DNA from: Amoebidium appalachense
Taxonomy: Eukaryota; Protista; Ichthyosporea
Assembly (NCBI GenBank): GCA_963693365.1
Contig: CAVNZM010000004.1
Location: forward strand, 4,147,447-4,211,446
Reading direction: 5' to 3'
Length of the DNA: 64,000 nucleotides
Within the stretch, counting starts at the first letter, position 1; each line of letters opens with the position of its first letter. Positions 1 through 10,321 of the stretch are shown here, piece by piece. The position numbers were made by a program, and so were the translations under genes. The notes under the pieces are model-generated. The model was not told the DNA's origin and made no database searches. It worked only from the letters and a program-made list of their open reading frames with translations.

Positions 1-808
1 ACGAAGTCTCAGGTGTTTTGGTGTGCTTGGGCCTGGGCTTAGCGGCAGGGGTGGTCTTGGCAGGAGTGGTCTTGGTGGTAGGGGTGGTCTTGGCAGGAGT
101 GGTCTTGGTGGTAGGGGTGGTCTTGGCAGGAGTGGTCTTGGTGGTAGGGGTGGTCTTGGCAGGAGTGGTCTTGGCGGCAGGGGTGGGGGCAGTCACAGGG
201 GCGGTCTTTGCGACAGGGGTGGTCTTGGCAGGAGTGGTCTTGGCGGCAGGGGTGGGGGCAGTCACAGGGGCGGTCTTTGCGACAGGGGTGGGGGCAGTCA
301 CAGGGGTGGTCTTTGCGGCAGGGGTGGGGGCAGTCACAGGGGCGGTCTTTGCGACAGGGGTGGGGGCAGTCACAGGGGTGGTCTTTGCGGCAGGGGTGGG
401 GGCAGTCACAGTGGTGGTGTTGGCGGCAGGGGTGGGGTCAGCAGTCACAGTGGTGGTGTTGGCGGCAATGGTAGTCTTGCGAGGGCCACTGAAAATGTAG
501 TTTTCATAGGCCACCTGGCCATCCCGACGGGGTGCTGCAGCCCGTTGCAGGCTGGCAAGCTCGGCCTGCAGGGTCTTGATCTGCTCTTCGGCTGCCCTCA
601 GTCGTGCCTCTACATCAGAGGGCTGGGGTTGGGGGGGTCGGGGGGTACGCGCAGCATTCTCATTGGTCACTTGACTGCGGAGGCTGGTGAGGTCGGTGCG
701 GAGGCTGGTGACGTCGGTGTGCAGGGCCGTTAAGCGAGACGAATGGTCCGTGTACAGAAAATCAAAGCGCTTCTGCAGCTGTTGAAGCTCCTCTTTCCAA
801 GAATCCAT
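1..808 (-). CDS. Partial (3' end outside window) intronless protein: N-terminal coiled coil followed by Pro/Thr/Ala/Lys repeats
   Basis: ATG at 808 and an open frame to base 1: MDSWKEELQQLQKRFDFLYTDHSSRLTALHTDVTSLRTDLTSLRSQV...VEARLRAAEEQIKTLQAELASLQR...(TAPTPAAKTTPV)n(AKTTPTTKTTP)n...KPRPKHTKTPETS. Absent from the ORF track because there is no stop inside the window. TATA box ~100 bp upstream. Confidence 0.75.
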   Translation of the reverse strand, partial: MDSWKEELQQLQKRFDFLYTDHSSRLTALHTDVTSLRTDLTSLRSQVTNENAARTPRPPQPQPSDVEARLRAAEEQIKTLQAELASLQRAAAPRRDGQVAYENYIFSGPRKTTIAANTTTVTADPTPAANTTTVTAPTPAAKTTPVTAPTPVAKTAPVTAPTPAAKTTPVTAPTPVAKTAPVTAPTPAAKTTPAKTTPVAKTAPVTAPTPAAKTTPAKTTPTTKTTPAKTTPTTKTTPAKTTPTTKTTPAKTTPAAKPRPKHTKTPETS

Positions 809-904
809 GTTTCGTGTGAGTGTTTGAAAAACAAGTTTGTTGTGTGTCGCCTTTTACTATTGAGTGTCAGTGTTGAAATGAGTGAATGTGACCGTGTGTG
901 CTGC

Positions 905-911
905 TTTTATA
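905..911 (-). promoter_or_regulatory. TATA box (TATAAAA) upstream of the 1-808 ORF
   Basis: Minus strand reads GGCATATAAAAGCAG ~97 bp upstream of the ATG; a CCAAT (plus ATTGG) lies at ~1061-1065. Confidence 0.5.
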
Positions 912-1101
912 TGCCACGGTACAAAGCAGCTTACAGCAATGGTGCCAAGGCTCAATGGGATAGATCTCTCCAATCAACGGTCATTGTCACTCAAACGGCC
1001 TTGATGGTTGGCAAAGTATCACGTCTAAGCTTGATGAAAACAAACCCGTGGCTGCTAACCATTGGCCGGGTATAGATCTAACCAAAAAAGGAAGGCACAA
1101 C

Positions 1102-1984
1102 AAATTGGTGCCTGCACACGGAGCATGCCTATAGGCTGTTTAGACACCACACGTGTAGGGCGCTGCCTCTTGGCACCAACCAGAAGAGGGTAGAAATTGG
1201 TGCCTGCACACGGAGCATGCCTATAGGCTGTTTAGACACCACACGTGTAGGGCGCTGCCTCTTGGCACCAACCAGAAGAGGGTAGAAATTGGTGCCTGCA
1301 CACGGAGCATGCCTATAGGCTGTTTAGACACCACACGTGTAGGGCGCTGCCTCTTGGCACCAACCAGAAGAGGGTAGAAATTGGTGCCTGCACACGGAGC
1401 ATGCCTATAGGCTGTTTAGACACCACACGTGTAGGGCGCTGCCTCTTGGCACCAACCAGAAGAGGGTAGAAATTGGTGCCTGCACACGGAGCATGCCTAT
1501 AGGCTGTTTAGACACCACACGTGTAGGGCGCTGCCTCTTGGCACCAACCAGAAGAGGGTAGAAATTGGTGCCTGCACACGGAGCATGCCTATAGGCTGTT
1601 TAGACACCACACGTGTAGGGCGCTGCCTCTTGGCACCAACCAGAAGAGGGTAGAAATTGGTGCCTGCACACGGAGCATGCCTATAGGCTGTTTAGACACC
1701 ACACGTGTAGGGCGCTGCCTCTTGGCACCAACCAGAAGAGGGTAGAAATTGGTGCCTGCACACGGAGCATGCCTATAGGCTGTTTAGACACCACACGTGT
1801 AGGGCGCTGCCTCTTGGCACCAACCAGAAGAGGGTAGAAATTGGTGCCTGCACACGGAGCATGCCTATAGGCTGTTTAGACACCACACGTGTAGGGCGCT
1901 GCCTCTTGGCACCAACCAGAAGAGGGTAGAAATTGGTGCCTGCACACGGAGCATGCCTATAGGCTGTTTAGACACCACACGTGT
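1102..1984. repeat. Tandem array of a 92-bp unit, 9 full identical copies plus a 55-bp partial copy
   Basis: Unit AAATTGGTGCCTGCACACGGAGCATGCCTATAGGCTGTTTAGACACCACACGTGTAGGGCGCTGCCTCTTGGCACCAACCAGAAGAGGGTAG starts at 1102, 1194, 1286 ... 1930. There are no unique spacers. Confidence 0.97.
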
Positions 1985-2173
1985 TGTGGCTTCTGCCTTT
2001 ATCACCCACACACCCACACGTGCCAACATACACTATCCTCCCCGTGAGTGGCATGCCAGTCTCCCCTGCCCCCCTGCCCCCCTGCTCCCCTGCCCCCCAG
2101 CCCCCCTGCCCCCCTGCTCCCCTGCCCATATGCACACCCACACACTGGGTGCCCCCCCCAGCCCCCCTGCCTC

Positions 2174-2827
2174 CCGGAACCAGGCCCCCCAGTGGTGGCA
2201 TTCCAACACGTGCATGCTAGAAGATGGTTTTATTGGCATTAGAACCTAGGCATGACCAGTGCCGTGAAGCCTTCTCTGTTGAGTTCCAATTGGCCGTCGC
2301 TGTTGATCTGTGTGAGCCAGATGACTTCCATCCCACACTGGGCACTCACGTGGATGCCATGCAGAATGAAGCCATCCACAATGCTCTTAATCTTTGCTGC
2401 TTTTGGAAACTCGTTACCATAAAAGTGCACACGTGTCTGGTGCATGGGATAGCTCAGACGGTAGAACACTATCTGGCCCATTGCTGTCTTGTATAGGTTC
2501 CATGACTTAACTTCAATCAGCTCGGTAGCTGTAAGTATATCAATTCGCCCGTGTATTGTATTAACTTCAACAGTACCATCAAGCTTATCAGCAAGCATGT
2601 CACGCACCACTTTCTCTACACTTCCATTGCGCCGTGCTACATGAACAAATGGTCTTAACTCAGCCATACATGGGGGATAGATAGTATCACACAACCATGG
2701 TTCCCCCACTCTCCCCAGCCTCCTGTGCACGTGTGCCTCCCCCGACCCCCTGCCTCCCCTGCACGTGTGCCCCCCCTCCTGCCGGAACCACGGCCCCCAG
2801 TGGTGGCAGCCAGTGCCTTACATGCTA
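2174..2827 (+). repeat. Imperfect direct repeats flanking the nuclease ORF
   Basis: CCGGAACCA(C)GGCCCCC(C)AGTGGTGGCA...CATGCTA at 2174-2219 and 2782-2827, each preceded by CCCCTGC-rich sequence. Confidence 0.7.
2239..2667 (-). CDS. PD-(D/E)XK-superfamily nuclease, 142 aa, intronless (virus/mobile-element type)
   Basis: MAELRPFVH...VEKVVRDMLADKLDGTVEVNTIHGRIDILTATELIEVKSWNLYKTAMGQIVFY...RVHFYG. It shows the E...D...ExK catalytic pattern plus a QxxxY motif. Confidence 0.8.
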   Translation of the reverse strand: MAELRPFVHVARRNGSVEKVVRDMLADKLDGTVEVNTIHGRIDILTATELIEVKSWNLYKTAMGQIVFYRLSYPMHQTRVHFYGNEFPKAAKIKSIVDGFILHGIHVSAQCGMEVIWLTQINSDGQLELNREGFTALVMPRF

Positions 2828-2844
2828 ATCTATTCTATGGCCAC

Positions 2845-2927
2845 ATGGCCAGATGGCCAGATTGTTTTGACTTCAGGTGGATCCCCCCCCTGCTCACAGA
2901 CTGAATTTGATCTGGCCATCTGGCCAT
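2845..2927. repeat. 18-bp perfect inverted repeat (stem-loop)
   Basis: ATGGCCAGATGGCCAGAT (2845-2862) and ATCTGGCCATCTGGCCAT (2910-2927). Confidence 0.8.
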
Positions 2928-3045
2928 CTGGGTATAAACCGTTTTCTGTTCTAATATTGGAGAACTGTCGATAGTGATAGAAAATGTCATTGGAAGAACA
3001 ATCGGGAAATCCCGCGGTGTGACAACCAATCAGAATGAAGCAATA

Positions 3046-3440
3046 TTGGGATATTCGGGTTGGTTGTAAGGTTTTCAGGTCGGGCCGAAGGCCCTAACGG
3101 GCCGCAGGCCCGCTTATTGGGCCGCCAGGCCCTAGGCCGCTAGGCCGCTAGGCCCGGGGCCCCGGGGACCGGGGGCCCGACCCGGCCCGCGAGCCACCCC
3201 CGGCCCGGCCCGCGGGGGCCCAGGGGGGGGGGGGTTAGCAGTCACTGCTAACCCCCCCCCCCTCGGGCCCCCGCGGGCCGGGCCGGGGGTGGCTCGCGGG
3301 TCGGGTCGGGCCCCCGGTCCCCGGGGCCCCGGGCCTAGCGGCCTAGCGGCCTAGGGCCTGGCGGCCCAATAAGCGGGCCTGCGGCCCGTTAGGGCCTTCG
3401 GCCCGACCTGAAAACCTTACAACCAACCCGAATATCCCAA
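3046..3440. repeat. ~395-bp near-perfect GC-rich palindrome (197-bp arms, 1-nt centre at 3243)
   Basis: TTGGGATATTCGGGTTGG...GGTTAGCAGT-C-ACTGCTAACC...CCAACCCGAATATCCCAA. The arms differ by one substitution and one small indel next to the G/C run. Confidence 0.97.
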
Positions 3441-3643
3441 CATGCTTTCGCCACGCTCCGATCGATTGGGTGCCTGTCAGGAGTGTCTCTGCCGTGAGCT
3501 GGGCATTCGCATTCCACAGATCGCGTCGAATGGCTCGTGTAATTGGCTGCAGATCTTTCGCGGCTCTGGGCGAACTTTGGCCTGAACCGCTTGTATCCGC
3601 GGCGAACCGGCCGGGCGGGCCCTCATAGCGAACCGGCCGACGT

Positions 3644-3684
<41 letters not shown>

Positions 3685-5094
3685 TGTCCACACACACACA
3701 CACACACGACAACTTCCAACCACAAACTTTACCACTACTAACTAAACTAACAATTGCAACTTAGAGTGAATCGATAGCATTGACTTTTGAACGTTAACAC
3801 TGGTTTCACTATCAGAATCATGCTTGATCAAGATATATCGGAACACAGATGTGAAAAGAATTATCATCAAACCGTTGTCATGCCGCGAAGACAGGCCTAC
3901 CATATTAGTAGGCCCGGGCCTTGAGTCTCAAAGTGCCACGTGCACGTACGTACACACTGCAGTCACTGAAGTTGGGTGTCTGTGCTTAGGGTAGGCCACT
4001 GGGTCACCGAGGCTCCGTGAGTCCGTGGCAGACCCAGTCACTTCTGTATATGTACATGTAGCGAGCATGAGTATCGACACGTATCACATGGCATAGCCTT
4101 TATTTAAAGTTTCTGACAGACTTTCTCTTCTGTCAGTGTCTGTGCAATAAATGACTATCCGCAATGATACAGACTCTGAGCCAGAATAAAAATAAAAAAG
4201 ACCGAGTACCATGACAGTTATAAACGACACACACAGACGTGTGTGACGACAATTCGTCACCGCGGCCGTGGTGCCATGCTCATTGCTCAGTCGACATCAG
4301 TCAGTGAGGCTGTGAGGCTGTGAGTCCTGTGACCTACTGTATGTACCCCGTTCCTGCGGCACTGCGCTTTACACACTGTGTCAGGTCAGGAACGCGACCA
4401 GTTATGCCTGGCTGTCACTTGTACGTTATAGTGGGCCGGGAGCCGGCTGCTGAGGAACATTTTCTGCGCACTGGCCACTGTGGCCAGGTGTACACTGACT
4501 ACACTGTACAGTGGACACGTACTTTTGGCCCGGACAACGGCATGATTGGCAGATTGGCATATGGAGATGCATAGTATTATTGGCTGTCTTTATCCCATTG
4601 GAATGAGTGGAATCCGATCCTTGTGAACACTGATTGGTAGTCGTTTATCAAGCAAATTCCTTAGGCAACGTTGGTCACAGTAGCCTGAGCCGCTGGTGTC
4701 TTGCGATCTAATTAGTATTAGAAGTGGATATTTGTCATTTGCGTTTATTCCGTATGAAGATGCGACTTCGTCCTGAAAAGGGCTGATTCTACAGGCGCTA
4801 GGACGGAGTTACATCGTCAAAAACACAATGGAATACGGTCATATCAAATAGTCCAAAAAAATACAAAGGAAATAACTCACAGCACTCATAGCTATGGGAT
4901 CTTGTACGCCTCTCCGTGGGTGTTTCTAGATGGCCGTGCGTGGGGGTTATGCCTTTTCTGGACTCGCGGATACAATGAGAATAACGACATCCAATCAGAA
5001 TCAGCGACGTGTAAAGGCCTATTCTACCTGTGGACCAATCAGCATGCGCTGGGCACGACTGTTGCATAGCTTCACAATAGTACGATCATAACAA

Positions 5095-5102
5095 TATATA
5101 AA
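5095..5102 (+). promoter_or_regulatory. TATA box (TATATAAA) upstream of the 647-aa gene
   Basis: TATATAAA ~140 bp upstream of the ATG at 5240; CCAAT motifs at ~4991 and ~5035. Confidence 0.45.
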
Positions 5103-5239
5103 TAACTCAAGGCCCCTTCTCACTCATTGTCACTGTGCAACGGGGTCGTCAGCAGCACGACGATTAACACTTTGACAGTCTGTTAACCAAGTCAACTCGT
5201 AGTAGTAGGGCTTTCTGTGTCCGTAATAGTTTTTCAAAC

Positions 5240-7183
5240 ATGAAGTCCGTTCTCTCTCTCCTCTCTTTTGCCTATCTATCTTCGGCTGCCACAATCAACA
5301 TTGCCAACACAGACGATGCATCCGCTCTTCTCGCCACTGCTCAAGCGGGTGACACCGTTGTTTTTGGTGCGGGTGAACATCCCATCGCTGCTTCTCTAGA
5401 CATTCCCCACGACCTCACCATCCAGGGGGCTGCCGGTGCAATTCTTGCACCCGCATCCAGCGTTGAATATGTTTTCACCATCTCAAAGCCCAACGTCAAG
5501 GCCCAGATTTCTGGTGTCGGGTTGAAGCACCGCACAACGGGGAATGTGTGCGACCTTGCCACACCCTACGCACTGCAGGCCAACTTCTCAATGGCCATCC
5601 GCAACCCGCGCATTCAGAACAACAAAGTCTCGCTCGAGGCCGACCTTGGTTATTGGTACAACACCCGCTATGTCTCCGACATTTCCTTTGCCAACTGCTC
5701 TTACCTCGTCGACGGCCCCACCGGGGACAGCAAGATGACGGGTTACCAATGGGTTCTGTACAGTGACACCTGCACAGCCTCCGTTTTCTTCAGTGTTGCC
5801 TTCAACAAGCTCGTCAACTGCGGCGTTGCCGTGGACAAGACACCCACCTCCAAGTTTGTGAAATATCTCGCCGATATCGAGGCCAATATGAAGGAATACG
5901 TTGAGAAGATTAGCGCCACAAAGAACCTGCGCGTGCCCGTCACCCGCCAGGGTAACGCAATCGCCAAGCTGCGTGTGCAGATTGACCGTGAGAGCTCCGT
6001 GTCTGCCACCATCACCATCAACTACCCCCAGGCAGAGCTCCAGGCCGTCATCACTAAGGTCGGTGTCAAGGAGGTCGACGGAGTCAACACGTCAAACATT
6101 GTTATTACCGTCAACTTGCCTTCCCCGTACACAATCACCGGCGGCTCTCAGGGCAACCTTACCCTTAGCAACATGAACATCCCCAATGCCAACGCCACCA
6201 ACTGGGTTATGGGTGCTGGTTGCAACAACCTTGCCGCCAATGAGATTTGCAACAGCACGTTCGACTTCAACATCACCACGTGCGACCTGACGGGCCAGTA
6301 CAAGGCCCTTAACGTTCCCATCGGCTGCATGCCCTCCGCTATCGCCGCCGGCACATGCCCCACCATGCTCTCCAATTTTGCCGACATTGAGTTCTTCATC
6401 AGCACCAACAACTTCTGCAATGTTACCGAGTTCAACCTTTCAGCTCTGTTCACCGTCGACGTTCTCCTGCGCACCGACAACACCTACGTCGCCGACCGCC
6501 CCACCACCCTTTTCGACCTTGGCGCTATGTCTTACTGGTCCCTCCGCATGTGGACTAACTCTACCGGTGTCGGCCTTCGCGACGCCCAAGTCACTAAGTT
6601 CGTCCGCGTCTCCGATGGCGACTGTGCACCTTACACTGACCCCTACACCGACATCACCACCCTGACCCAGTCTTTCAAGCCCCTCCTCACCCCCCCCGAG
6701 ATCCAGATGCCTATCCCCGTTACCGCCGCTCTCACCTGCGCCTCTTCCACCGCCACTAGCAACAATGTTACCCTCACATGGACCGTTCTTGTCGATTACC
6801 TTGACACCACCGCCCGCCGCCGTCGTCGCGAGGCCGAGATCGTTCGTCGCGAATCGGGTGAGCTCGAGGCGAGCAACGGATTCGGTGTGAAGTACGCCCC
6901 CGCAGACATTGCTAAGAGCAACCAGGTTGCCGGGGCCAGCGGTTCTTCAAACAGCACGACGCTCATTCTTGTGTGTGTGGGCGTGGCCGTTGTGTTGCTT
7001 CTGTGCTGCTGTGTGTGTGCTGGTGTTGGGTTTGTTCTGTACTGCCGCAACAAGAGGTCTCAGGAGAAGGAAGTGCTTGTGAGCAACACTGGTTTTGCTT
7101 CGGGTAGTGCCGCCCCTCTGCCTGCAAGCAGCGCGGATATGTTCAAGTCTCGTGCTAGCATGGTGCCTCCAATGCAGATGTAA
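5240..7183 (+). CDS. Intronless type I membrane/cell-surface glycoprotein, 647 aa: signal peptide, Cys-containing beta-rich ectodomain, polybasic cleavage site, TM helix; possibly ZP-module-like
   Basis: Long ORF with strong C-ending codon bias. N-terminal MKSVLSLLSFAYLSSA signal; beta-helix-like start (AQAGDTVVFGAGEH...LTIQG); many NxS/T sites; RRRRR at 6815-6829; TM LILVCVGVAVVLLLCCCVCAGVGFVLYC followed by RNKR. Confidence 0.9.
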   Translation: MKSVLSLLSFAYLSSAATINIANTDDASALLATAQAGDTVVFGAGEHPIAASLDIPHDLTIQGAAGAILAPASSVEYVFTISKPNVKAQISGVGLKHRTTGNVCDLATPYALQANFSMAIRNPRIQNNKVSLEADLGYWYNTRYVSDISFANCSYLVDGPTGDSKMTGYQWVLYSDTCTASVFFSVAFNKLVNCGVAVDKTPTSKFVKYLADIEANMKEYVEKISATKNLRVPVTRQGNAIAKLRVQIDRESSVSATITINYPQAELQAVITKVGVKEVDGVNTSNIVITVNLPSPYTITGGSQGNLTLSNMNIPNANATNWVMGAGCNNLAANEICNSTFDFNITTCDLTGQYKALNVPIGCMPSAIAAGTCPTMLSNFADIEFFISTNNFCNVTEFNLSALFTVDVLLRTDNTYVADRPTTLFDLGAMSYWSLRMWTNSTGVGLRDAQVTKFVRVSDGDCAPYTDPYTDITTLTQSFKPLLTPPEIQMPIPVTAALTCASSTATSNNVTLTWTVLVDYLDTTARRRRREAEIVRRESGELEASNGFGVKYAPADIAKSNQVAGASGSSNSTTLILVCVGVAVVLLLCCCVCAGVGFVLYCRNKRSQEKEVLVSNTGFASGSAAPLPASSADMFKSRASMVPPMQM

Positions 7184-7511
7184 AGAGCATCTGAATTTTT
7201 GTTTTAGAGTACAAAGGTTTTCATGGGTTTTTCCTAGGTTAACGTTTAATTAAGTAATATATTTACTTAATTTGAAAATAATAAGAGTATGTAATGCACT
7301 GGTGAGTTCTTGCACTGTGTGGAACACTCGCCTGTTGGCCCCCCTTTCAGAATTTTAGTGAATAAATACACACTAAGGAAGTTCAACCACAAATCGGACC
7401 TAAACAACTGCAATAAACTGTGTATCCGATCATCTTTCGATTGAGTGAAGATTTACTTTGGGGGGAGAAAAAAACCCGTCCCCCCCCCCCCCCCTCCCCC
7501 GGGCCCCCAAA

Positions 7512-7565
<54 letters not shown>

Positions 7566-8444
7566 GCCCCGGCCTACCCGGCCACCCTCTCTCTCTTCCT
7601 CGTGAGATACCCTTTTTTTTTATTCGCTGGGGTGACTGATATAAGCATGCCCGGGATGCATGCATGCACATGTCTTTTGTCATGCACACTTTGCCCAGTT
7701 AACATTTGGTTGTTCAAGTTCTTTTTGACTATGTTGGGCCCGGGTCTCAAAACGAGATGCCCGTGTTGGGCTTCAAACCGAAATTTGTCACAAGTTTCAA
7801 GTTTCGTGTTAAACCCAAGTACCTCAGGATGCGTGCACGGACACACAAGTACACGTCCTCACACGCAAACACACGCCGACACAAAACAAAGATACAAGCA
7901 CACTCGTACGTGCACACGGGCATATGTACAACACACAGATTCACACACACGTACGCACACGGACGCGCACAAGAACACGCACACACATGCACAAGCACAA
8001 CACAGATGTGCGCACACAAACACAGACCCGCACACACGCACACACATACATGCACACAAACACACACACATATACACATACCGTGAGAAACACACAATCG
8101 CACACCGTACACACATGTGACACATGGATTACTACACACACAAAAAAAAACGAAAAAAAGAAAAAAAGAAAAACAAATGAAAAAAAGAAAGGCAAGAAAT
8201 ACCTTAGCATACCAGGCCCCTAAAGAAAAAAACAAAACCCTACTGGTAGAGTAACAGAAAACGTGACTTACGTAAAGGCATGAAAAGTTATTCGGAAAAA
8301 AGGAAAGAAATTTAACAACTATGACGTATCAGTGCTGGAAAGAAAAAGCAAAGTGGGAACGTCGTAAAAGCAAACCGAAGCCCACCTTACTTTTACGACG
8401 TATCATGCTTCAAGGATTTCCAGCACTGTCATTTAGTAAAGTCC

Positions 8445-8475
<31 letters not shown>

Positions 8476-8770
8476 ATTCCCTTTGCCCCCCCTCCCCCGG
8501 CCCCCAGGCCCGCCTCTCTCGCACCCCCTCCCCCCTCCCTCCTCCTCCCCTTCCTTTCCCCCTCACCCGTAAGTACCACTTAGATCCGCGGGTTGAATCT
8601 GAGAACGATACATAGACCGTCTCGGATTGTCATATCATCAAGGAAATCTTAGGGGGGGAAAGGAATCCATCAAACCCTCCCCCCCCCCTCAAAAAAAAAA
8701 AAAAAAAAAAAAAAGAATAAAAAATAAAATTGAAAGACGACACGCAGCCACACACACACACACACACACA

Positions 8771-8854
<84 letters not shown>

Positions 8855-9016
8855 ACCCACCCACCCACCGACCCACCCGCCATGTTCCCTTCCCCCTCCC
8901 CCTTTCCCATTCCACCACTACGAGTTTTCTCAAAGTTTTCGAATGATTTCTATCCCGTTGCACCTCACACCATCATCATGGCCACTTGACTCCACTAGGC
9001 AGAATGCCCGATTGAG

Positions 9017-9376
9017 ACAAGTCTACATCGGCTACATATACTAACGGAAGTTAAGACAACTTTGTATATAGTATACAAGTCTACATCAGCTACATATACT
9101 AACGGAAGTTAAGACAACGTGTGTATATAAGTATACAAGTCTACATCAGCTACATATACTAACGGAAGTTAAGACAACGTGTGTATATAAGTATACAAGT
9201 CTACATCAGCTACATATACTAACGGAAGTTAAGACAACGTTTGTATATAGTATACAAGTCTACATCAGCTACATATACCGTAACGGAAGTTAAGACAACG
9301 TTTGCATATAGTATACAAGTCTACATCAGCTACATATACTAACGGAAGTTAAGACAACGTTTGTATATAAGTATAC
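9017..9376. repeat. Minisatellite, ~59-61-bp unit x 6
   Basis: ACAAGTCTACATCAGCTACATATACTAACGGAAGTTAAGACAACGT(G/T)TGTATATA(A)GTAT repeated in tandem. Confidence 0.95.
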
Positions 9377-9678
9377 ACACTTAGACAGAAAAGTCTAGCA
9401 GTAGGGGACTATACCATGGCCACCGCCACCAGACGCATATTCCTACTTTTTTGTTTGTTTTATAAAAACATATGATATAATTGCCGTTACCTATTACATG
9501 TGTCCGTCTTTGTTTCATTTGTTTTGGTGATTAGAAACAAGCTAGTATGGGCGCTGATATCGATAGCATCACACCACAATCCGTATCGTTTCTTGCCACT
9601 GCCGCAAGGCCTAGCTTTACTATTCCCACTGTTGCTGCATGCCTTTTTTTTTGGGTGATGGGTGGATGTTCGTGTGTG

Positions 9679-9775
<97 letters not shown>

Positions 9776-10011
9776 TGTGTGTGTGTCTCTCTCGAAGCTC
9801 TCTTTCTCTTTCTGTATGTGTGTATCGTGTGTGTGTGCGTGCGTGTGTGTTATGAGTGCGTAGCTTCCGCGAACGCGGCTGGGATGGGTGGGCCAGGGGG
9901 GGGGGGGGGGGGGGGGGGGGGGGGAGGGGGGGGGGGGGGGAGTTTGGAAGGTTTTCTACCTGAACTGCTACAGAAACTGTTGGTAGAGTGCAATTAAAAA
10001 AACTATGAAAA

Positions 10012-10321
10012 AAGTAGGATAAAAGTTTTTATAAAACAATAAAAAAGTAGGAATAAATAAAACAATAAAAAAAGCAACGTTATGGTGAGGGAAAAATCCA
10101 CTCATTGGCTACCACGACAAGTAGGATAAAAGTTTTTATAAAACAATAAAAAAGCAGGAATAAATAAAATAATAAAAAAAGTAATGTTATGTTGAGGGAA
10201 AAATCCGCTCATGGCTACCATGACAAGAAGGATAAAAGTTTTTATAAAACAATAAAAATGTAGGAATAAATAAAACAATAAAAAAAGTAATGTTATGTTG
10301 AGGGGAAAATCCACTCATGGC
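10012..10321. repeat. AT-rich tandem repeat, ~107-bp unit x 3
   Basis: AAGTAGGATAAAAGTTTTTATAAAACAATAAAAA...GAGGGAAAAATCCACTCAT(T)GGC at 10012, 10119 and 10225. Confidence 0.9.

Larger units (their letters stand above)
1..3440. mobile_element. Putative right end of an endogenous viral or large mobile element
   Basis: Intronless ORFs, a nuclease gene, a perfect tandem array, a terminal palindrome and no (CA)n microsatellites until 3645, unlike the rest of the window. No hallmark capsid, polymerase or transposase gene is visible. Confidence 0.45.

Noticed and set aside
18-733. Plus-strand ORFs (Val/Gly-rich, Gly/Arg-rich, Trp/Gln-rich)
   Set aside because: Antisense shadows of the repeat region of the minus-strand ORF, which has an ATG, a TATA box and a non-repetitive N-terminal domain.
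1102-1984. CRISPR array
   Set aside because: Units are fully identical, with no unique spacers and no cas genes; the context is eukaryotic.
3223-3262. Telomeric repeat seed at the palindrome centre (GGGTTAG)
   Set aside because: A single partial unit; no TTAGGG tandem array.
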